Below, piece by piece: positions 8,757 to 16,611 of a stretch of 64,000 nucleotides of DNA. The notes under the pieces are model-generated. The model ran no database searches. It saw only the letters and a list, made by a program, of their open reading frames with translations, and was not told the origin of the DNA. Numbering within the stretch: the stretch's first letter is position 1; each line of letters starts with the position of its first letter. A program made the translations under genes and the position numbers. Location of the stretch: the NCBI GenBank assembly GCA_045863855.1, contig BTVV01000013.1:18834-82833 (forward strand). Direction: 5' to 3'. Source of the stretch: Planctomycetota bacterium (lineage in GTDB: Bacteria > Planctomycetota > SZUA-567 > H5-PLA8).

Positions 8757-10466
8757 GTGAGCAAGGTTCTGGTAACGAGCGCGCTTCCGTACGCCAACGG
8801 CCGCGTGCATCTGGGTCACTTGGCCGGCGCCTACTTGCCTGCCGATATCTACGTTCGCTGGCGGCGGTTGAAAGGCGATGACGTGGTCTTCGTCTGCGGG
8901 AGCGACGAGCACGGCGTCCCGATTACCTTAAGTGCGCTGAAGCAAAATACAACGCCGCAGGCAGTGGTGGACGAGTATCATATCTCCAATGGAGCCGCCT
9001 TTGCCGCCGCCGACATCCGCTTCGATATCTGGAGCCGTACCAGTTCGCCCGAGCACCACGCGCTTGCCCAGCATTTCTTCAAAAAACTTCTGAGTAAAGG
9101 CTTCATCGATAAGCGCACGACCCAGCAATACTACAGCGAGCAGTCGAAGCTCTTTCTGCCAGACCGGTATGTGGAAGGGATCTGCCCGCGTTGCGGCAAG
9201 GACGGCGCGCGCGGAGACCAGTGCGACGCCTGCGGCGAGACCTACGACGTCACCGAACTAAAGGAACCGCGCTGCGCCTTGCCCGGCGACCGTTCCACGC
9301 CGGTGCTGAAGAACACCGACCATTGGTTCCTGAAGCTCGACGCATTTCAGAGCCGGCTCGAAGCGTACGTGGCGGAGCACGCCGAGGCAGGCGCGGAACC
9401 TTGGCGCCTGGGCACGCTGCGCGGTGCGCAAGGCTGGCTCAAGCAAGGTCTGCGCGCGCGCTGCATTACGCGGGACACCGAATGGGGCGTCAAAATTCCG
9501 CTGGCCGAGGCCGATGCCGCGGGGAAACGCCTGTACGTTTGGTTCGACGCGCCCATCGGGTACGTCACTTTTACGCAGCAACTTTTCGCGAGGCGCGGCG
9601 ATCCCGAAGGCTGGCGCGCGTATTGGCAGGATCCCGAGTGCGCCATTTACAACTTCATCGGCAAAGACAACATTCCCTTCCATACAGTGATCTGGCCAGC
9701 CATGGAACTGGGCTACAACGACGAGCCGGATCCGGGCGAGCGTCCTTACAATCTGGCCGCGCAGGTGGTGGCGAATGAGTTTTTAAATTTCGGCGGCGAA
9801 AAGGGAAGCAAATCGAAAGGCAACGCGGTGGAGATCGCCGAGTTCGTCGATTTGTTCGGTGCCGATCCGCTCCGGTATTACCTGACTTCCATCGCCCCCG
9901 AAGAGAACGACAGCAACTTTACCTGGACCGATTTCGCGCAGCGTTACAACGGCGAATTGGCCGACGTCCTCGGGAATTTCGCGCACCGCACGCTGACCTT
10001 CACGCATAAATATTTTGACGGCCGCGTGCCGGAAGGAAGGCCGCCGGGAGAGGCCGAGGAGCGACTGCGCGCCGCCACCGATCACGCTTGCAAGGTATCC
10101 GCAGAGAGCCTGGACCGGTTACGCTTCAAGCAAGCGCTGGCCGCGGCCATCGACCTCGCGCGCGAAGGGAATCGCTATTTCGACGAAAGGGCGCCTTGGA
10201 AGCAGCGCAAGGACGACCTCGATGGCTGCGGCACGACCTTGCGCGTCTGCCTGAAAACCGCCGCCGCGCTGGGTCTGCTGCTGCGTCCGTTCCTGCCGGA
10301 GAGTTCGGCAAGATTACTAAGCTGTTTCGGCCTCGACCGCAACGCCGTGCACGCTCCGGGAACTGCGGCGCGCAACGCGCGGGAACTGGTTCTGCCCGGC
10401 CAGACGCTGGGCAAGCCCGAGGTATTGTTCAAAAAAGTGGAGCCCGACCAGCTTCCCGCGCACTAG
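8757..10466 (+). CDS. metG: Methionyl-tRNA synthetase, without C-terminal tRNA-binding domain
   Basis: TSALPYANG..HLGH, GSDEHG, Zn knuckle CPRC..GDQCDAC, YVWFDA, IGKDNIPFH, KGSKS; GTG start with AGGAG RBS. Confidence 0.96.
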   Translation: MSKVLVTSALPYANGRVHLGHLAGAYLPADIYVRWRRLKGDDVVFVCGSDEHGVPITLSALKQNTTPQAVVDEYHISNGAAFAAADIRFDIWSRTSSPEHHALAQHFFKKLLSKGFIDKRTTQQYYSEQSKLFLPDRYVEGICPRCGKDGARGDQCDACGETYDVTELKEPRCALPGDRSTPVLKNTDHWFLKLDAFQSRLEAYVAEHAEAGAEPWRLGTLRGAQGWLKQGLRARCITRDTEWGVKIPLAEADAAGKRLYVWFDAPIGYVTFTQQLFARRGDPEGWRAYWQDPECAIYNFIGKDNIPFHTVIWPAMELGYNDEPDPGERPYNLAAQVVANEFLNFGGEKGSKSKGNAVEIAEFVDLFGADPLRYYLTSIAPEENDSNFTWTDFAQRYNGELADVLGNFAHRTLTFTHKYFDGRVPEGRPPGEAEERLRAATDHACKVSAESLDRLRFKQALAAAIDLAREGNRYFDERAPWKQRKDDLDGCGTTLRVCLKTAAALGLLLRPFLPESSARLLSCFGLDRNAVHAPGTAARNARELVLPGQTLGKPEVLFKKVEPDQLPAH

Positions 10467-10472
10467 CGGCCC

Positions 10473-11825
10473 TTAAAGCTTCCCGGCTTCGGTCTTCGCC
10501 TTCTTGCCGATCGCCGTATCGGGGTACTTTTCGGCGACTTGCATGTAAAGCTGCTTCGCCATATCGGGCGCGTTGTTGCGCAGGTAATTCTCCGCGCGCT
10601 TGAAGAGTTTCTCGGCTTCCGCCAACGACTGCGCGGCATTCACGCTGGGGTCCTGAGCCATGCGCGTGGCCGCGGCTTCGGCCGGCGCTTTGGCTGGCGT
10701 ATCGGCATACTCGTGCGCCACGCGCTTGTACGCTTCGAGCGCTAAGGTCAGCTTGCCGGATTTCTCCAGCGCCTGCGCATCGGCCAGCGCCTTTTGCCCT
10801 TCGACGTTGCGTCCTTCCTGTTTGCGCTGCCGCGTCAACTCCGCCGTCTTGGGATCGTCCGCGATCTTCTGCGCTTCTTGCTTGGCCAACGCTTCGAAGC
10901 TCGTGCCGCGATAATCCCGCGCAAAGGCATGTAGCGCCTCCAGCGCATCGGGCCCCGCCTGGCCTTTGGCCTCGGCAAGTTTCGCGCCCAAGTCAGCCTT
11001 CAGCGTCTCCAGTAACTTCGCCGCTTCCTGGGCCGAAGCGCCGATTCCGCCGGAAGCCTCCTGCAAAGCTTGCTCGGCCGCTCCCCATTGCCTGCCTTCA
11101 AGGAGCCGCTTCGCCGCGGTGAGCTTCTCCGCGCCGCCACGGTCGCAGGCCGCGTCGAAGTGCTGCAGCATGCTCTCGATCTGGGCAGGCACGATCGTGT
11201 GCCCAATGTCCGGCTCTTCGTGTTTCAGGAAGACGTTCGCGGCTTTCAGAATTTCGACGGTGGAAGCGTAAATCCGGTGGTTCGGATCCTGCTTGCCGAC
11301 CGAGTAGTAGATGGCCGTGGTCTTGGACGCCGGTTCGTAGACCGCAGGCTTGGTCCCGGGCGACAAGCCATGTGCCGTGCCGCCGAAGCAGGTGAAGTGC
11401 GCATGCTCTTTCTCCAGCGTCATGAAGCCGATCGCACAGCCTGCGGAATGCCCGGTCAGGAGCACGCGCGCGGCATCCACGTTGAAGTTTTTCTTCACGT
11501 CCTCCAAGGTCGCCACGATGCGCGCGATGTCGTCGCTGTTCCAGGTGTATCCAGGGCCGGCCTTGCTGCTCGCCTCCGGAACCGCCAAGATGCTCCCGCG
11601 CTTCTTTGCAAACCCCGTCCAGAACCGCGCGAAGTTCTCCGCCGTATCGCCTGCTCCGTGCAGCGCCACGATCACTTCGTGCTTTTTCTCGGGCTTGTAT
11701 GGCTCGGGCAGTAACAACACATAATGTCCGCCCGCCGCCAAATCGCGCTTCTCCGCGCCTGCGGCAAACAAGTTAGCCGTAATCAAAAGCGCAAGAAGGA
11801 GTCCGCATTTCGTCCATAAACGCAT
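10473..11825 (-). CDS. Secreted esterase/depolymerase-like alpha/beta hydrolase with C-terminal TPR-like helices
   Basis: Signal peptide, LHGAG, GHSAG nucleophile, DIGH; helical repeats ending YPDT. Confidence 0.7.
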   Translation of the reverse strand: MRLWTKCGLLLALLITANLFAAGAEKRDLAAGGHYVLLLPEPYKPEKKHEVIVALHGAGDTAENFARFWTGFAKKRGSILAVPEASSKAGPGYTWNSDDIARIVATLEDVKKNFNVDAARVLLTGHSAGCAIGFMTLEKEHAHFTCFGGTAHGLSPGTKPAVYEPASKTTAIYYSVGKQDPNHRIYASTVEILKAANVFLKHEEPDIGHTIVPAQIESMLQHFDAACDRGGAEKLTAAKRLLEGRQWGAAEQALQEASGGIGASAQEAAKLLETLKADLGAKLAEAKGQAGPDALEALHAFARDYRGTSFEALAKQEAQKIADDPKTAELTRQRKQEGRNVEGQKALADAQALEKSGKLTLALEAYKRVAHEYADTPAKAPAEAAATRMAQDPSVNAAQSLAEAEKLFKRAENYLRNNAPDMAKQLYMQVAEKYPDTAIGKKAKTEAGKL

Positions 11826-11972
11826 CGATCGATCCTCCGCTACAGGCTCGTACGATTAGACGCGCTCCCAGCGCTTTGAGCGTGGGAATTCCGCATTCAA
11901 TTAGAGCGAAGCCACCGGGAAATGCTGCCGTACGAGGGGCGGTTTGCGTTGCAATAAACTAAAGTACGGAAA

Positions 11973-12980
11973 TCAGCCGCCGATCCGGCTCATCGCCGAA
12001 GCCGGGATCTCATGCCACACTTTGTGCAGTTCGGGCTTGAGCGCCGCGGCTTGCCGGAATGCGTTCACCAAGTCTGCCGTGGAGGCGCCGCCGCGCAGCA
12101 GGCTCTTCACTTCCACTCCGCCGCCGTCAAGCAAACAACTGCGCAATTCGCCGTTGGCGGTGAGGCGCAATCGGTCGCACTTAGCGCAAAACGGCGCGCT
12201 CATGGCGCTGATGAACCCCAGCCGCCCCGCCGCGCCGGGAATCCGCCAGACTTCCGCCGGGCCGCGCATCGAGTCGCCGACTTCCAAAGGTTCCAGCGTT
12301 CCGAAGCGCCGCCTCAGCCGCTCCTTCGTGACCGTGTTGGGTACGAAGCCGAAGCTTCCGCTGCCCAACGCGCAATCCTTCGCTTCCTGGAGCGGCATGT
12401 ATTCGATGAAGCGCATATCCAGCGGACGCTCCAGCGTCATGGCCGCGAACGACTCGACTTCGTCGTCATTCAGTCCGCCCAGCACCACCATGTTGAGCTT
12501 GATCGGCGCCAAACCTGCGGATTGTGCCGCGGCGATGCCCTCCAGCACGTCCTCCAGCCGGCCGCGCCGAGCGATCTGAATGAACTTTTCAGGATTGAGC
12601 GTATCCAGCGATATGTTGATCCGCTTCAAGCCCGCCGCCTTCAGGTCCGCGGCGTATTTGCCCAGAAGCAACCCGTTGGTGGTCAGCGCCAAGTCGGTGA
12701 TGCCCGGCACCCGCGCGATCATCCCCGCCAGCGTCGAGATTTCGCGCCGCGCCAGCGGCTCGCCGCCTGTCAGCCGGACCTTGTACACCCCCACCGCCGC
12801 CGCGGCTTCTACGATGGCAGCGATCTCTTCGTAGCTGAGAATTTCGTCCTTGGGCAGCCACGCGACGCCTTCTTGGGGCATGCAGTAGACGCAGCGCAGA
12901 TTGCAGACATCCGTGACGGAGACGCGCAAATAGGTGAAGCGCCGCCCGTAAGTATCCACGACCGGAGCTGGCGAATCCAT
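11973..12980 (-). CDS. moaA: GTP 3',8-cyclase (molybdenum cofactor biosynthesis)
   Basis: YLRVSVTDVCNLRCVYCM radical-SAM motif, LTGGEP, FCAKCDRLRLT..CL, C-terminal MSRIGG. Confidence 0.96.
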   Translation of the reverse strand: MDSPAPVVDTYGRRFTYLRVSVTDVCNLRCVYCMPQEGVAWLPKDEILSYEEIAAIVEAAAAVGVYKVRLTGGEPLARREISTLAGMIARVPGITDLALTTNGLLLGKYAADLKAAGLKRINISLDTLNPEKFIQIARRGRLEDVLEGIAAAQSAGLAPIKLNMVVLGGLNDDEVESFAAMTLERPLDMRFIEYMPLQEAKDCALGSGSFGFVPNTVTKERLRRRFGTLEPLEVGDSMRGPAEVWRIPGAAGRLGFISAMSAPFCAKCDRLRLTANGELRSCLLDGGGVEVKSLLRGGASTADLVNAFRQAAALKPELHKVWHEIPASAMSRIGG

Positions 12981-13084
12981 GACGGAGACCTCGGATGACG
13001 GTGCGCGGGAGCCGGACGCGCCGCGCCGCGCACGGAACCCTGGAAGTCTACTCCCCGCATCACGCCACGCAACAGGGGCAAATC

Positions 13085-13474
13085 TCACACCGACGGGAGG
13101 GTGGTGGAGGATTCCTTGAAGACGTATTGGATCGCATTCAGCAATTCCGCGGTCTCGAAGGGCTTGCGGATGAATACGTACGCGCCGAAGTCGTGCGCGT
13201 GGGCCACATCCAGCGGCGAGAAGCGCGCCGTCATGACGATGACGGGAATCCGTGCGTATCCCAGGTCGCGCAGGCGCCTAAGCGTTTCGAAACCGTCCAT
13301 CTCCGGCATCATGACATCCAGGAGCACCAGATCCACCCAGGGATCGCGACGCAGGAACTCGAGCGCCTCCAACCCATCGGAAGCTTCGTCGACCGTGTGC
13401 CCGTGCGACGAAAGCAGCCGTGTCAGGGCTTCGCGCACGTCCGCCTCGTCGTCAACGACCAGGATGCGTTTCAT
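13085..13474 (-). CDS. Single-domain response regulator
   Basis: ILVVDDE, LLDVMMPEMDG, KPF; ATGA overlap with the upstream kinase stop. Confidence 0.9.
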   Translation of the reverse strand: MKRILVVDDEADVREALTRLLSSHGHTVDEASDGLEALEFLRRDPWVDLVLLDVMMPEMDGFETLRRLRDLGYARIPVIVMTARFSPLDVAHAHDFGAYVFIRKPFETAELLNAIQYVFKESSTTLPSV

Positions 13475-15024
13475 GGGCTGGACCCGCCTTCGTCTGGATT
13501 CCCGGAAGCGAGCGCCAGCAGCGCGGCCTGCAACGTTCCGAATCCGGGCAGCGTTTCTCCCAATCCCACTTCGTCCAGCACGCGGCGTATGCGCGGCGGC
13601 ACGTGCAGCAGCACGATGCTGCCCGAAAGCGACTGCGCGATCGCACGCCATTCCACCAGACTTCCAATGCCGCGGCTGTCGATCTTGGGGCACGATTCCA
13701 GATCGATGGCCAGGTGCGGGGACCAGTTGCGCATCACGCGGTGAGCGATCTCGGTGATGCCGTGGATCGTTTCGAGCGTCAGCGGTCCGGCCACGCAAAA
13801 GCGCACGCCAGGCCCGTAGCGGTCGGCCGAAACCTGCACCCCCGGCAGCGCCCAGGACTCGCGCTGTTCGCACTGGGGCAACAGCGCGGAGGCTTGCGCC
13901 AGCTCGAACGAAAAGACGCAACCTCCGCCGGGCTTGGTGGTCACGTTCATGCGCGACTGGTGCGCCTCCACCAGCCCTTTGGCGATGGGCAGACCCAGGC
14001 CGCTGCTGGTGCGTTGCCCGCGCGAACGCCGCCGGTTGATCTGATAATATGGAAGGAAGATCTGTTCTTGGTCTTCGGAGTCCATGCCGATCCCGTTGTC
14101 GCGGACCCAAATGCGAACACGCGAGCCTTGGGTTTCCGCGCCGATCTGCACTTCCACCCCCGGCTCGTTGTGGACCAGCGCGTTGGAAACGAGGTTCGAA
14201 AGAACCTGGCCGATCATCTGCGGGTCGCATTGCACCCACAGCACGTCGCGGCGCAGGTCCGTGGTCAGGCGCGCCTGGCGCTGCCGGGCCAGCGGCCGCA
14301 GCAAATCCAAGGTCTCGAGCGCCAGCACGCCCAGATCCGTTTCCTGCAACTCGACGCGCAAACGGCCGGACTCGATGCGCGAGATGTCCAACACGTCGTT
14401 GATCAGCGTCCGCAGACGGTCCACGTTACGCCGCACCAGCCGCAGGTTTTCGAGGTAATCTTCGGCCGGCTCCTTCGGCGGCTTGTTTTCCATGAGCGCC
14501 AGCGCCACTTCCATGGCGGTCACGGGCGTGCGCAACTGATGCGATACGAAGGATACGAACTCGTTCTTCAGCCGGTCCAATTCCTTGAGCCGCGCGTTCT
14601 GACCCAGCAACTGGCCCATCAGCTTTTTACGCTCGATCGCGTAACGCAGCGCGCGGCGCAACAGGCGAATGTTGATGCGGCCCTTTTGAAGGCAATCCTG
14701 GGCGCCACGTTCGATGGCCTTCACCGCCAACTCGTCGGCGTCCCAGCCCGTGAGCACCAGGATCGGAAGGTGCGGGGCCACTTCCTGCACCGAGGAAATG
14801 GTGTCCAGTCCGCGAGAATCGGGCAGCGAAAGATCCAGTAAAACCACGTCGAAGCCCCGCTCGCGCATCTGGCGCACGGCATCGGCCAGCGTGCGCGCGG
14901 GCGTCACCTCGAAGACATCCTCTTCGTAACCGCCCAGCATCTGCTTGTACGTCTCAAGCTGAGCCGCGTCGTCTTCGACCAGGAGGACCTGAATCGGTGG
15001 AAGTGCTTCCATAAGCAGCCTCAC
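13471..15024 (-). CDS. Hybrid histidine kinase REC-HisKA-HATPase with C-terminal STAS domain
   Basis: LLVEDD/LLDLSLPD, SHQLRTP, NLVSNAL, DNGIG, GLGL; tail AIDLESCPKIDSRGIGSL..RVLDEVGL. Confidence 0.87.
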   Translation of the reverse strand: MRLLMEALPPIQVLLVEDDAAQLETYKQMLGGYEEDVFEVTPARTLADAVRQMRERGFDVVLLDLSLPDSRGLDTISSVQEVAPHLPILVLTGWDADELAVKAIERGAQDCLQKGRINIRLLRRALRYAIERKKLMGQLLGQNARLKELDRLKNEFVSFVSHQLRTPVTAMEVALALMENKPPKEPAEDYLENLRLVRRNVDRLRTLINDVLDISRIESGRLRVELQETDLGVLALETLDLLRPLARQRQARLTTDLRRDVLWVQCDPQMIGQVLSNLVSNALVHNEPGVEVQIGAETQGSRVRIWVRDNGIGMDSEDQEQIFLPYYQINRRRSRGQRTSSGLGLPIAKGLVEAHQSRMNVTTKPGGGCVFSFELAQASALLPQCEQRESWALPGVQVSADRYGPGVRFCVAGPLTLETIHGITEIAHRVMRNWSPHLAIDLESCPKIDSRGIGSLVEWRAIAQSLSGSIVLLHVPPRIRRVLDEVGLGETLPGFGTLQAALLALASGNPDEGGSSP

Positions 15025-15235
15025 TTCAAGTCAGTTCGGTATACGATACGGCCGAATATGCTTACTCATATAACGACAGCGCGAGGCAACGATTGGCCGC
15101 GCTTGGCAAAAGAAGTAAACCACGTGGTGCGCATCGGGTCAATCCGTTCGCTCCGGCAAATTCACTCGGCGCGAAATCGATCCATTCCATCGATTGGCGG
15201 TAAACCTATTTACCGTGCGCGACACACCGCTTGCG

Positions 15236-16519
15236 TTAGCCGCCCGCGCGTTTTGCGTACAACGGAGTTCGATCGAGCAACTCCGCGCGCGACAGGTCGC
15301 GGCTGCGGCCTTTACGCCGCGTGACCTTGCGCGGCGTGCCGTCGGGGTCGGTCACCTCGACCACTTGCCCCGATTCGATAGATTCTTCCGCCGAAATGGC
15401 GATCACCGCGCCTTCGCGACCGGCCGCGAAATCCGTCAGCGGTTTGCGCCGCTCGTTGATCGCCGCGACGAATTCGCGCAGCATCGCCGGATCGCCGCCT
15501 TGGTGCCCGCCCGGATCCATCTCGACCGTCTCGCGCATGACCTTTCCCGGCCGCAGCCGGAAGCTCACCGCGATCTCGGGCGCCCGGCCGTGGGGGCAGG
15601 ACAGTTCGATCTGGCCTTTGGTGCCGATAAAGCAGAATTTCCGCTCGTAATCGGGGCTGAAATGGCATTCCGTGTACGAAAGCTTCGCGCCGCTTTCGTA
15701 CAGCACGTTCACCACCGCGTTGTCGTTCACGTCGACTTCGCGGCTGTAAGCGCAGAAATCGGGTTTGCGTTGCGGCTTCTGGACATAGTCGAGCTGCACG
15801 AACCGTTCTTGCCGCTCGCTGCAATCCGCGAATTCGTCGCACTCGTGGCAGACTTTTCCCTCCGGCTCGTCGCCGCCGTAATAGTCGAGGCCGCCGAACG
15901 AATGCACCCGCGCGGCTTTCGAGCCGATCACCCAGGAGATGAAGTCGAGCGAGTGGCACCCCTTCTGGAGCAACAGACCGACCACCTTGTTCCGGCGGCT
16001 CATCCAGTGATGGAAGTAATACGTTCCGCCCACACTCACGTGGTCGATGCAATCGGCGCACAGGATCTCGCCGATCATTCCGTTCGAGACCAATCGATGC
16101 ACGCGCTGCATCGCGTTGTTGAAGCGCATGCACAAACCCACCATCTGAACCGTCTCGCGCTCCCCGGCGAACCCGTTCACCAGCCGGTCGCAGTCGGCGA
16201 TGGAAATGGCCAGGGGCTTTTCCACGAGCAAATGTTTCTTGAACGGCTTGAGCGCCAGTGCGCAGTCGACGTGGGTGTCGTCGGTGGTCGCGATGAATGC
16301 GGCATCCACGTCCTCGCGCCGGCCTAGTTCTTCAAGACTTGCGGATGCCGTGGCCTCGGGGAATGCCTGCTTCGCGCGCTCGATTCCTGCCGTCGCCACG
16401 TCGTACAGCGCCGTTACGCGCGCCAGTTTCAGATGCTCTTGAAACTCCCGGCTGACTCCGATGCCGCGCCCGCCGCAACCCACCAACGCCAAACGCAACG
16501 GACGTGATTCGTCGATCAT
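15236..16519 (-). CDS. Gfo/Idh/MocA oxidoreductase
   Basis: LVGCGGRG, EKPLA, KGCHSLD, GGHQGGD. Confidence 0.9.
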   Translation of the reverse strand: MIDESRPLRLALVGCGGRGIGVSREFQEHLKLARVTALYDVATAGIERAKQAFPEATASASLEELGRREDVDAAFIATTDDTHVDCALALKPFKKHLLVEKPLAISIADCDRLVNGFAGERETVQMVGLCMRFNNAMQRVHRLVSNGMIGEILCADCIDHVSVGGTYYFHHWMSRRNKVVGLLLQKGCHSLDFISWVIGSKAARVHSFGGLDYYGGDEPEGKVCHECDEFADCSERQERFVQLDYVQKPQRKPDFCAYSREVDVNDNAVVNVLYESGAKLSYTECHFSPDYERKFCFIGTKGQIELSCPHGRAPEIAVSFRLRPGKVMRETVEMDPGGHQGGDPAMLREFVAAINERRKPLTDFAAGREGAVIAISAEESIESGQVVEVTDPDGTPRKVTRRKGRSRDLSRAELLDRTPLYAKRAGG

Positions 16520-16611
16520 GAACGGTCCCCTTAAGGTGTGTACTAGTGCGCTTAAGTATACCTGCTTGGCTCAACTTTCGCCAATCGAGCACGCATATGC
16601 GAGAAGGTAAT

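Noticed and set aside
13085..14239. 384-aa response regulator and other N-terminally extended ORF calls (1526..3784, 39331..41073, 50132..51628)
   Set aside because: Extensions overlap upstream genes in another frame; real starts lie downstream, at ATGA overlaps or next to the upstream stop
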